From NCBI RefSeq assembly GCF_001194135.2, contig NC_068981.1:139016510-139080509 (forward strand): a stretch of 64,000 nt of DNA, given 5' to 3'. A program made the position numbers and the translations under genes. The DNA is from Octopus bimaculoides. Taxonomy: Eukaryota. Below are positions 1 through 11,930 of the stretch, in pieces (positions within the stretch are counted from its first letter, which is position 1; the number at the start of each line of letters is the position of its first letter). The notes beneath the pieces are model-generated. The model did no database searches. It was not told the DNA's origin and worked only from the letters and a program-made list of their open reading frames with translations.

Positions 1-1167
1 TCCATTCGTCACCATATCTCCTTTTTGAGTTCGCACGGTCGTTTCCTTACATATATATCCAATTAATTAATGGAATGTAACGAAGAAATAATTGTTGGTT
101 GGTAAATGGAAGAACAAGAAGTCTATATGAAGTTATAAACACGAAATATTTATTATCGTTAACATAAATGTGCTGTCGTTGCGACGAACGACAGAGAAAA
201 AAAGAAAAAGATATTTAAACCAAGTGAATCTGTAATGATAGCAGCCATCGTTGAATTACTGATGTAGTCGTCGTCGAATTTCATAGCCGAAGTTGAATTG
301 GTGTAAATTCCTAATCTTGGCTGTCACGACCATCTATATATAGCTAATGTCTGTCAAAGAAAAGGCGCCAAATACGAAATTGTTAACGACATTTCAATAA
401 GCTGTTTGTCCAAAAAACGCTTGTTCACAACATCAGAGTTAGTTCTGATTTTTTTTTTTAGCGGGGGGCCGGTCAAACTAGCAACTGATAAAAAAAAGTT
501 TTGTGTTTATCACAAACTTGCTGACGTCATTAATCTTTGACAGCATCCTGTTTATAATTTAGTTTAGTTCTTTTTACATTTGATTATAATGATTCGGGTT
601 CGATTCCTATGCAGTGAGATGGTGTTTGGGACTCTGCCATTATTCTTGCTACAGGAACAATGTTCAATGAACATAACAGTAGGAATCTTCAGTTGAAAAT
701 AATGAAAGGAATATAAATCACGACATATAATTAATATGGGTTATTCGTCATTAAAAGTTAGGGTGAATGCCTTTTGTCGAGTACTGCACAAGATGTTAAA
801 TGAAAGAGGTGGAGAGAGATCAAGTCGTTGAGACAAGCGACATAGATTCCACTAGACAGCTAGTGGCTCTTTAGCCTGAGGTTAAATAGGTGAGACACTA
901 TTATGCGAGTGTAAAGCAATATGACCAGTATAAACTTGAGATAACCTTGCTAAAAGTTGAATTCGTTCAGAATCTTCGTTCAAACTGTTTGGCAGGACAA
1001 CTCAAACGCTTCCATAGAAGTTTGCCTCAGCCATAGGTCAACCATTGCAAATTGGTCGAACCATATTCACGTAAGCGTTAATGCATTTTATGGCAACACT
1101 TTTCTTTTTATGGAGATACATTAGCTCGTGGTTGTCGACTGGAAAAACTAGAGCTATGGTTCAAATC

Positions 1168-1850
1168 TCAGGCAGGATTTTGCTGCAATGCAGGCTGGTG
1201 TGTGGTGTCTAGGTTGCGTGTGGATGATGCATAGTTAGAGAAGATTAGGGATGAATGAAGGCTTGTGTCATCTCCATAAGAATAGGCATTGTTGGATGTA
1301 GCGGTAAGAAAATCATTGTTTATAGGCGAAGAGAGTGGGGGACAAAACCGAATTCCAAAGAACAAATTGATTGAGAATGGCACAGAAAGGGCTTGATCAA
1401 TGCATATTGCAACGGTGCTATCTGATAGGAAGCCAATGGTCCAGGTAATGAGAGATGGATGGAACTCATAAGCGTGAAATTTTGATAGGAGATTCGCTTT
1501 CTCGACACAGCCGAAGGCTTTGGTGATATCTAGAGTAGCAACATTGCTTTCGCCGAACTTCTCTAAATCGAAAACCTACTGGTGAATAACATATGAAACG
1601 AGTTCTCTTGTGGGAAGCCGTACAGGAGGTCACTACGGAGAGGAGACAGAAAGAAAGGAAATTAAGATATCAGAACATCATTGTTAATGACTGTCTCCCT
1701 TACCTGGATCGAAGATATTGCTTTTCTTGAAGTTGGAACACATAACTATGTACTTCCACATATCAGTGTATATCCCCGTAGACATTAAGAAATTAAAGAA
1801 TTTGGTAGATATAGAAACAAGTTCTATGGTGCCGAGTTTTAATGTAGTCA
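1168..1850 (-). mobile_element. Degenerate LINE reverse transcriptase fragment (Jockey/CR1-like group)
   Basis: Broken frames give FGESNVATLDITKAFGCV (LDIxKAFD), INNDFLTATSNNAYSYGDDTSLH (YADD box) and STGIYTDMWKY...FKK (WKxAxVxPxxK); frameshifts and stops present. Confidence 0.8.
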
Positions 1851-2339
1851 AAGCCGATGGCCTTATTTGTTTGACACAAATGGGGTTACTTCTGCATTTC
1901 ACGTTTATTCAATACATTCCTACACATATTTCATTAATGAAAATATCCATTATGCAAGGTATTACTTTAAAATCACATTACATAACCAAATCAGTTATCT
2001 TATGTCCTGAACAGAAGTCAGATTCTGTTGAAACATTAAATCTGGCGAACTATTATAGAGGGTCATACGGTTAAATTTTCTTTTGTTATACAAACTCTGA
2101 TGATTTGATGGTGCAATCTGATTGTAAGCTAATACTTTGCAAAAACAAATAAGTGTAAGAAAGAATTAAATAAACAGGAAAACTTGCCTGCATTCTTTTG
2201 CGGGCGGGCGCACGCGCGCGCAACACACACACATGCATGCGTGCAATCTGTGTTCGAGAGAGAGAGAGGGGAGGGAGGGAGAAGAGAGAGAGCATGAATC
2301 TTACTTGGTGGATGAACAAATGCATGTCTATCACAGCAG

Positions 2340-3583
2340 CATAATCAGCATTGACAATGATAAAAGGAAGATTAATTTTTATTGATGATTCTCGTGGCAC
2401 AAGCAAACCCTTCCTTAAGAAACACCTACACCCGAAAGTTCCCTAAGGGCAGCATATTACTCTGACAGTAGCATCAAATGGCATTGTAGCAACACGTTTT
2501 GATGGAGGAAACTGCACACACCATCACTAAATTTCCCTAAGACCTCACACGACATGACTACTATGAAACATCATGAACAAATTACCCAAGGCAAGCCGAA
2601 GGTGGGCAACTGACGCTTTGGATTGCTCAATGCAGGATTTGAAAGACAACACACACCTAACAGGAACAGTGACCGTGGTTCTAGCTGGGGATTTCTAACG
2701 AACTTTGTGCACTTGAGTATTGAGGATTCTGTTGGTGAATTTGCTATCCAGCTACTCCTAGTGGGAAATGAATTTCTTGACAGGGATTCTAGTGGCCATA
2801 TTCCATTGTCCTGAGGGCAGATCACTGAGAGAGAACGAGCTGATTGTTAATCTTTTCAAACATTTATATTCGATAGTTTGATTCCAAATGGCTTTGCGAG
2901 CGAGTCATCTCCGCACGAAAACTGTTACAGTGAGAAAAATTAATGGAAGCTACAGGAACCCTTTCACACCATCTAATGTTGAAGCATCGAGTATGCTACT
3001 TTATTAGTCTAGACCTGGAGTTCTCAACCGGGGTCCATATGGCCCCTAAGGGTCCATATGAGAATTTTGGGGGTCCATGCTACAAAATAGTAAATTGGGG
3101 ATCCACAATAGTATTTTTAAGGGCTCTGAAAAAGATTTTGCTTTAGATATATGTATTGGTATTTATTGCAAGAGGCTTCTTTCTCTAATTTTACATAGTT
3201 CAACCTGCACAAGTTAATTTTTGAAAAACAGAAAAGGAATTTTGAAAGAAGTTTCTATAAAACTAGTTTTTAAACATCGAATGGGTATAGGGGCCCATCA
3301 GAATAAGATAGTAATCAAAGGGATTCATTGGTAAAAAGTGGTTGAGAACCCCTAGTCTAGATCTTCTGAAGCCAAAGTATTTGACAAAGTTTTCCGTTTC
3401 CTGTCACACTCAAGTCTGCCATGACTACCAATCAATATTTAGAGCAATCACTGAAAGTTGCTAAACTGAACCTGGCAGATGCTAAATTCTCATGTGCAAA
3501 GATTTGTGATGATTACTTCAAGAGTTGGGAAACTCGATCCTCTTTATTATAGTACCACAGAGTAAAAATCAAGAACATTGTTT
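2340..3583 (+). mobile_element. Helitron-type PIF1 helicase remnant, interrupted by a hAT MITE
   Basis: Decayed motifs in correct order: LTVASNGIVATRFDGG (VASSGIAATLLxGG), DALDCSMQDL...TVVLAGDF (VLxGDFRQ), WLCERVI (WLxERAIL), FPVTLKSAMTTNQYLEQSLKVA (FPVRLxFAMTINKSQGQSL), SRVG, KNIV; many stops. Confidence 0.85.
3015..3354. mobile_element. hAT-type MITE
   Basis: 15-bp TIRs (ctggagttctcaacc / ggttgagaaccccta) and 8-bp TSD gtctagac/gtctagat; internal sequence homologous to the copy at 22401-22897. Confidence 0.85.
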
Positions 3584-5423
3584 NNNNNNNNNNNNNNNNN
3601 NNNNNNNNNNNNNNNNNNNNNNNNNNNNNNNNNNNNNNNNNNNNNNNNNNNNNNNNNNNNNNNNNNNNNNNNNNNNNNNNNNNNNNNNNNNNNNNNNNNN
3701 NNNNNNNNNNNNNNNNNNNNNNNNNNNNNNNNNNNNNNNNNNNNNNNNNNNNNNNNNNNNNNNNNNNNNNNNNNNNNNNNNNNNNNNNNNNNNNNNNNNN
3801 NNNNNNNNNNNNNNNNNNNNNNNNNNNNNNNNNNNNNNNNNNNNNNNNNNNNNNNNNNNNNNNNNNNNNNNNNNNNAAATTTAAAAAGAAAAAAGCAAAT
3901 AAAACGAAGAAAAAAAAAAGAAAATGAAAAAAGCAAATAAAACGAAGCTATGGCTTAATCAGCCAAAGGAGTAAATATAAACAACTGAATACTTGTCAGT
4001 GATTGGTTGAAATGATCGAAATAAGACAATTTTTTACATGAAATAAATTCGAATACAAAAATATTTTTCTGTTCTATAACACAAAATAGATAAGTATACG
4101 AAGTTTGAAAGTCTTTCGGTACCAAAAACACTACGTAAAACATTAATGAAAAATGTGGCCCCCGTTTTTAAAAAGATCCCATATATGTATGTATACATGC
4201 ATATGCTCATATATCATTTGTGTCAGTCATTGGACAGCAACTACACTGGAAAATCACCTTTAAGGGTCTTCAGACGATGATACCGACTGGACTACTTGTA
4301 TCGATCTTTCTTTGGGGACATAAAGGGATACAACATAAACAGCCACACCGGTTTTTGAACCGATGTAAACATAAATGCAGACGCATTATATATGTGTATG
4401 AGTGTGAAGTATTTCTGTAGTTATTATTTCAGAAGTTCCATTCAGAAAAAAACTGGTCAATCGACAGTTACTATTAAAGATACATGTACTATATCTATCA
4501 CACAGTGGAACTGAACAAGCAACGACGTGGTTGCTTAGCGACTTGTTAACCATATAGACATGCCTGAAAATAATATAGTCTTGGCATGGCTGAAACGCTT
4601 TGATCAAAGGGCCGGCTTGATAAACGCGGACATGAAGCTGTTAGCCTATACAGACCTGAGACTAAATAATGCAAACCTCCTCACAAAATCCCACCCCTGT
4701 CTTATTGATAGATTTCAAGTTGACTATATTGATGGAAGATTATAAATATTAAAATAATTATTCTTTCCAGTTAGCTTTAAAACACTTTTTTCCTTGACGA
4801 AAAAACAGAAAGGAACCTGTCAACATTAACTTAACTAATTACAAGTATAAGTTAACCTAACATTAAAAAAAATCAATAATAAAAATAATACAAACAAAAA
4901 TTAAAAATTTTAAAAAGTTATGTATAATGTCATGAATAAAATATCTTTAATTATTTCAATTTCAAGTACTTCTAAAAGCAAAATAAATTTAATATAATAA
5001 TCATAAATAAATAAATAAATTTAGAAGTTTGCATGATCATAGAAAAATCTATTTCTTCTTCCAGAATATTCTGGATGGTTAATGAATGCTGCGGCATTGA
5101 AACATTCAGTGCGGAATAGTTGTAGGTCTAATACATCCAGTGTACCGTATCTCCTCCCTCTTTCAACGTTGTTATACCATAACGACATTCAATCAGTTGG
5201 GAAACATTATAAGGCAAACTTCTCTCTTGGTTTATTATTATTTATTACTGTAACATTGCTAATTTTACATATCGAATTATCTATATACATATATATATTT
5301 ACCGGTTATATATATATAACTTATCTGTTGGAGGAAAGAGGAAAAAGGATTCAAAAACAAACAGAACGAAACAAAACAAAAACTGGTAGAAAAGAACGCA
5401 TAAAAAAAAAAGTAGCAGACAAA

Positions 5424-5459
5424 ATGAGTATAAACTACAGCAAGTGGGATCATATTGAG
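5424..5459 (+). CDS. CDC37: Hsp90 co-chaperone Cdc37, exon 1 of 11 (MSINYSKWDHIE)
   Basis: Matches the conserved Cdc37 N-terminus (YSxWDHIE). Donor GTAAGT at 5460, phase 0. Joins exon 2 to give IE|ISDDEDD, with the CK2-site serine at residue 14. Confidence 0.95.
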
Positions 5460-5646
5460 GTAAGTAAAAAAAAGATATAGTTTTGTCACCATGAAGTATC
5501 ATTATACATAGCGGCGAAGAGAATTAACTAACGTTGAGTGTAGCTTCGAACAAGTAAACTGCATGTGTCGAGTAGTAAGCTCTTATTTTATTTCCTCTTC
5601 GTTTATACTTTGAAACGGGATTGTGTGTATGTATATACTTATACGT

Positions 5647-5669
5647 GTCTCTCTCTTTCTCTCTCTCTC

Positions 5670-5733
<64 letters not shown>

Positions 5734-5935
5734 CACATACCTATATTTATATATACGCATTACTTACATGCCCGTTTCAAAGTACGAGAACAAGTACACG
5801 CAGACAAAACATATACACACGTATCTATCTATCCGTACACACACACACACACACCTGTGTGTGTGAGTGTATACTGTATGTATATATGTGTGTGTGTATA
5901 CTGTATGTATATATGTGTAGCTATGTATATACAGG
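5647..5935. repeat. Compound microsatellite (TC)n(TA)n followed by (CA)n/(TG)n/(TA)n
   Basis: Directly visible at the start of CDC37 intron 1. Confidence 0.95.
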
Positions 5936-7315
5936 TGCATGTATGCGTGTGGTGTGTATATCTCTTCTGAATTTATTTAGCTCTGCATTTAGCCACATTA
6001 ATCATATATTGTTGGTAGTCGTCATACTTACAGTTAAAGAAAAAAAATCCAGAAAAAAGGGGCTTTGAACTGATTGTTCGAATTATAAAAAATAACCCTT
6101 TTCACTCTGTACACATGCGTTCCCTTGAATAATGAACAAATCCTCAGCGCGGTGCTCAGCCTTTTACAAATAGCAACCAAATTTTCCCAGAAGTCACACC
6201 CTCCCCGTCTTTAAGAAGTGGGGAAAGACACATTAAAACTAATCTTAGTCTTCCATTCATACGTAAGATGCTTTGTAGGAATATTCCATCTATCTGTACT
6301 TGACAGGAATATCGTTTTATATATATCTCTGGAAGAATATTTAAAGCGCATTTGACCTCAGCTGTTCTAAATATCTTAAAAGGATGGGATGGCCACAGTT
6401 GAAATGTATTTGATCGTCTAGGTCAGTCTGTTGGAGCAGGATTGACCTGGAAGTAAACAACGAAAAAAAAAATCTATTCGAAATTACGCACTGGAATTTC
6501 CAGTTATTTATAGATCAGTGTTGACAGTCAAATTATCTGAAGTCTGTTATAGTTAATTTTGATTTTTAAATGGATTAAGATCCTTTTAAATGTCTGTCAT
6601 ACTCATGAGGTTTTATACGCCAAATTAGTTGGTTAGTGATTGGACTATATTCTCTTTTAACGATGTTCTTACACCTTTTCTTCTCGGATTTATTTATTTG
6701 TTTTCTTTTTTCTTATCTCCTAATTTATGTTTGTCAATATTTAGGGTATATTGTTCTTTGAGTGCGGCGGACTTTTTAAGTTCTCCGTTCAGACCCCATA
6801 GGAAAATCTCATCGTTTTTGGAACTGATAAAATAAATGGAGTTCTAGAGGGAAAGTCGATTAAGGTGATTACACCCCTGCGAACTAAAATGGGCGTGTGT
6901 GTGGACTTGTTGCTAAAATCAGAAATTGACATTTAAATCGATCCAACGTCGTAAATCTTATTCTGGATACCAGACCTATTAAAAGTTGCAAATTTATATC
7001 AAATCATTTCTTACTGTATTTTTTATATTTTATTTATTATGAAAAGTAGGACACATTGGATTACATAGTCCTGCATATACGGGCAACATTTGATAGACGA
7101 CTGGGCGTCAAATCACAGGACATTTTGGCCGCAGTCTCCGACGGTGGTTCTCGCAATCTGCAGTTCTGCAGGCACTGAAGCTTGTTGCACTAAAATATCT
7201 GCTTCCTTATGCGAATACGCGGTCTCCAATTGGCCCATGCCAAACAACAAGCTTTTTAATACTAGATTAGAGAATTAGGTAATTTTTCAGATTAATACCC
7301 GCACGATTTTCACTA

Positions 7316-7446
7316 GGGGGTTAGGGTTTTAGGGTTAGGATTAGGATTAGAGTTAGTGTTAGGGTCACGGTTTTATAGTCAGGGTTAGTGTTAGGGTTAC
7401 GGTTTTATAGTTAGGGTTAGGTTTAGGGTTTTAGGGTTAGGGTTAG
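7316..7446 (+). repeat. Degenerate interstitial telomere-like (TTAGGG)n array
   Basis: Multiple TTAGGG, TTAGGA, TTAGTG and TTAGAG units with interspersed ttttatag; ends in gttagggttagggttag. Confidence 0.85.
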
Positions 7447-7474
7447 ATAATTAATATCTATCATGGTTATCGAG

Positions 7475-7710
7475 GGCGGTGAGCTGGCAGAATCGTTAGT
7501 ACGCCGGGCGAAATGCTAAGCGATATTTCGCCTGCTGTTACGTTCTGAGTTCATATTCCGCCGAGGTCGACTTGCCTTTCATCCTTTCAGGGTCGATTAA
7601 GTAAGTACCAGTTATGCACTGGGGTCGGTGTAATCGACTTTAATCCCTTTGTCTGCCCTTGTTTGTTCTCTCTATTATTTACCCCCCTGTGGGCAATAAA
7701 GTAATAAATA
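7475..7710 (+). mobile_element. tRNA-headed SINE, family A (ggcggtgagctggcagaatcgttag...)
   Basis: A-box and B-box-like head (gagttcatattccgcc) and shared body; related copies at about 8551-8858 (+), 18185-18403 (-), 27633-27830 (+), 62405-62585 (+). Confidence 0.85.
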
Positions 7711-8658
7711 TCTTTCATGGTTATCTTGTACTTAGTCTCTCTCTGGAAAAAAAAAATTTAAGTCAATTTAATTTTAAACCATTCCAAAGCTACTCGTCCA
7801 CCATAGAAACGTCTCGAGTAAATTTTTACATTCATTCCCCTCCACTCGCTGTCTTAGTAAAGACTATTTCAAGATTTTTTCAAATTTTGAAAGTTTTGCA
7901 ATACATTCAGAAATTTTGCAGTCATTTATTAAAGTCGACAGAAGAATATGGACGTTGTTGTTTAGCTCCACAACAGGATTTCTTTCCGTTCCTCTTCAGT
8001 CTAAAGTGTTGTTTAAAACAGACTGCAGATTTGTTTGCTGTTTCGTTCTAACAGGTTGAGCGACTACGTAGAAGTTCAATCTTTTGTTGACGTACATGTT
8101 GTTAACATTGTGTTTTTTAGCTCCAGATCAGCTGTATATGAACAGACATATCAGAGGACGGCCCCTCCCATCTTTTTTTAAGGGGTATAGTACGATTCAT
8201 GAGATATTTTTAGCAAGTCAAGCAACCACGTGTAGTCCGTCTTGTTGGTAATATAGATACGTATGGTTATATTGATATGCATATTTATTAGATATGTGTA
8301 TTTATTAAACTAACCTTCATTTTATATTTATATATTATCACTAAAAATTATTTTTCTCTGTGACCAAGGGTTTCGTCTGAAACGTCGACTTCTCGTCTTC
8401 CTCACGACATAAAACTTATTCCACTGTGTGAATTATTGGTATTACTTTCTGCCGACGCAAAGCATCACAAGTTTCTTCAGATTCTGCTCTTTTAATTGGA
8501 TATGCATTTATGTCTGTTATATTTCTGACATTATTACAAGTCAAGATTTAGGCGGCAAGATGGCAGAATGGTTAGCATGCCGAGCAAAATACTTAGCGGC
8601 ATTTCGTCCATTTTTACGTTCTAATTTCACATTCCCCCGAGGTCGAATTCTCGACCAA

Positions 8659-8744
8659 GGTAAAGAATACGTACACCCGGTGGTTAGGGTTTAAGGCTAG
8701 GGTTTTTGTTAGGCCGAAAACGGGTGGTGTACGTATTCTTTTCC
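8659..8744. mobile_element. Small foldback element with TTAGGG-like core, inside a family A SINE
   Basis: 19-bp inverted arms ggtaaagaatacgtacacc / ggtgtacgtattcttttcc (18/19 match) around ttagggtttaaggctagggtt. Confidence 0.7.
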
Positions 8745-10029
8745 TCCGCCGACTTTTCATTTCATCCCTTGCGGGGTCAATAAAATAAGTACCAGTTGAG
8801 TAATTGAATTACTCCTTCTCCGAAATTTGCTGGCATTGTGCGAAAATTTGAAATCGTTATAAATCAAGAAGTAAAGGTGGTGATGGAGGGAAGACCTGTT
8901 TGCATTAACGTTCTAGGTTTCATAATCTTACTACATGGAGAAATTCCTTACTGAAAGCGTTTGAGCTTTACATTGAATCCACTGTAGTAGACGAAAATTT
9001 TTTTTTTAACTGTGACTTGTGAAGGCACGGAAAGAATCCCTTTCGTTCCTTCGACCATTTTTGTCATATAGCAATAAATATTAGTGATAATTATTAAGTA
9101 CATTTTTGTTCCGATATAATAGGTCCTCCTCTCTCTCTTTTTATTTTTTCAAGTTATCTTAAAAGACAGTAGGGTGTCATTTGAGGGAGGTATTTGGCTC
9201 TGGTTTTGCTGGCTTGAATATAGCTAATGTTTTCAACTTTGTTATTTGTTCCCATATTTCAAGTTTCTTGAGAATGTAAACAAAGCGAAACAAAATCATC
9301 TGTTTATAGGTAACTATGAGTTGTTTAGTCTCCAGTAAAATCTTGATTGAGCTAACCTCTGTCTAAAGGCGTCCCAGCTGTAACCATGTCGTCTCTTTTC
9401 TCCCCAGACATAGCCGAGGATGTAAGTTGGGGAGCGAGAGTTGGTTGCTATTTCTAGCTCGCTCCTTCGTTGTGTATCAATGGGACATTGTTGTTTATAG
9501 TTCCATGCTAGTCAGTCTTTTTACGAGAAGACCTATGATGAAAGATGGCCCAGTTAGAACCGTTCCGTCTATGGAACAACTCTATTTTTATACAAACTCT
9601 GAAAAGTTATTTCTAATTTCTGGGAGACAGTTTGAAACTCGTGTAAATAAATAAACAGATAAATGAAAAAAGTTATTTGTTACAGACGCTGATCGCTTTT
9701 CCGCACCATTGAAATAAAAGTCACGTAGTTCTAGTTTTTTTGTCCCTTGTCAGCTATGATCCAGGAGGTCTTTGATGAAAGGCATTCCAGTCATAGTTTA
9801 TTCCGTTTAAAACAACGAAACAAAACTAAGACACTGTTCTATTTTTTAGACGGTAGAAGGTAATTTGATGGAGATGTGTAGTTATTTTTTACGTTGAACG
9901 ACTATTAGAGACTCAATCGTTGACTCATTGTTACGTCTCTGATAGTATCCACATCTTTACTGTTGTAGATTTCACGCTCAGATATGCTTGGCTACTTGTT
10001 TTGTGTGCAGTTTCGTAGACTCGACACTT

Positions 10030-10480
10030 ACTCTTTCCACTGTCCAGTTTATTTTCTGTACAGTTGTTGCTCCAGGTCTGCCCAAATCGAGCTTCATTTC
10101 CAGTCTCTTTCAGGCTTTTAGGTAGCATTTTGGGTGTTGTGCAAAGTGCACCAATTGTTACAGGAATAATTGTCTTGACCTGAGTGTCCTCAGCTTTCTG
10201 GTTAGAACCAGATCTTTCTCAAGTTTTTCAATTTCTTTGGTATCAACTTCGCTATCGCAAGGAAATTCCAAAATCTATGATCTTACACTTTTGGTTACTT
10301 AATGGTGTTCCAGCTGTGATCATTGCGTTTTTTTTTTAAACAGAACAGTGTGTGATATGGAGAGGCTGCTATTTCAAGCAGATCTAGCAACCAAGTAGAG
10401 TAGACCTCGTTGGTTCGTAGAACAGATTGAAGAGGAGACAAAATCTGATGTTGGTTAGCTGGGCTAAATTTGATCGTGGG
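10030..10480 (-). mobile_element. Degenerate RLE-type non-LTR retrotransposon C-terminus (R4/Dong-like)
   Basis: Broken frames give PLQSVLRTNE (PESVLEN), KCKIIDFGI (CxIIDxAxP), VDTKEIEKLEKDL (KExEKxxKYxDL), IIPVTIGALCTTPK (VIPIVIGALGxxPK). Confidence 0.65.
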
Positions 10481-10644
10481 TCCTGTCATTAATAAAATGT
10501 GCACCCTCGCACAGAGCTTCTGTTTATTAAAACGATAAATATTTCAATGTGTAATGTTTTCTTCTGTTGGTCTGGGCTGAATGACAGTAATACATTTTTA
10601 TTATTACGCCAGTGAAGGTAGAGGACAGGCAGAATCGTTAGCAC

Positions 10645-11930
10645 AAACCCCTTCAGGTAGATGACCCTGCTCGATCTGTAGAAAAGGCGTAGGTAGAAAC
10701 TCTATAAGATGTACCCAGTGTAAACTATGGACACATAAGAGGTGCAGCAATATCAAAGTAAAGCTAACTAGGAAGATAGTTTTTGTATGTGGCAGATGCT
10801 CAGGAGCAATAAACACTGAAAATGTGCAAAGAACAACTTCTGCCACATTCCAGGGGAAAAACTAGAAGTAATTGATAGTTTCCATTACCTAGGTGACCAA
10901 GTCAGTGGTGGGGGTGGGTGCTCTGAAAGTGTAGCTACTAGAATAAGAATAGCCTGGGCAAAGTTCAGAGAGCTCCTACTTCTGCTGGTGACAAAAGGCC
11001 TCTCACTCAGAGTAAAAGGTAGACTGTATGATGCATGTGTACGAACAGCCATGCTACATGGCAGTGAAACATGGGCCATGACTGCTAAGGACATGCGTAA
11101 GCTTGCAAGGCACAAAGCCAGTATGCTTTGCTGGATGTGTAATGTCAGTTTGCATACTCGACAGTATAAGGTCCTTGAGAGAAAAGTTGGACCTAAGAAG
11201 CATCAGAGGTGGTGTGCAAGAGAGATGACTGCGCTGGTATGGTCATGTGGTGTGAATGGATGAGGATAGCTGTGTGAAAAAGTGTCACACTCTAGCGGTT
11301 GAGAGAAACTGTGGAAGAGGTAGACCCAAGAAGACCTGGGATGAGGTGGTGAAGCACGACCTGCGAACATTAGGCCTCACTGAGGCAATGACTAGTGACC
11401 GAGACCTTTGGAAATATGCTGTGCTTGAGAAGACCCGGCAAGCCAAGTGAGACCATAACCCGTGGCCTCTGCCAATGGAGTAACCAGCTCACTTAGGTGT
11501 ACCTTTCTTTCATTGGATGCTAAACTCTGCTTGCGAAGACCTGTTGAGGCAAGTGAAATTGAAATCAAATTCGATGACAGCACTGCATGACTGGCATCCG
11601 TGCTAGCGGAGAGCTAAGAGCACCATCCGAGCATGATTGTTACCAGGGCTGCTGGTGGCACATAAAATGCGCCATTCGAGCATGATCGTTACCAGCGTTG
11701 CCTTACTGGCACTTGTGCCAGTGGTACGTGAAAAACAGCATTTGAGCAAGGGCGTTGCCAGTGCCACTGGACTGGCTCCTGTGCAGGTGACACGTAAAAA
11801 CGTCATTTGAGCGTGGCCGTTGCTAGTACCGCCTGACTGGCCCTCGTGCCGGTGGCATGTAAAAGCACCCACTACACTCAGATTGGTTGGCGTTAGGGAG
11901 GGCATCCAGCTGTAGAAACTCTGCCAGAGA
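10645..11930 (+). mobile_element. 5'-truncated RTE-clade LINE: RT C-terminus, embedded PHD-like finger and repetitive 3' UTR
   Basis: PCSICRKGVGRNSIRCTQCKLWTHKRC...CGRC, then LEVIDSFHYLGD, RIRIAWAKFREL, KGRLYDACVRTAMLHGSETW, RGRPKKTWDEVVKHDL; one in-frame stop and frameshifts. Confidence 0.92.

Noticed and set aside
1718-2074. 118-aa + strand ORF
   Set aside because: Overlaps the antisense of a decayed LINE RT; no recognisable motif or splice support.
7475-7570. tRNA-like sequences at SINE heads (also 28937 and 47811)
   Set aside because: They continue into SINE bodies and tails and lack a complete cloverleaf; not tRNA genes.
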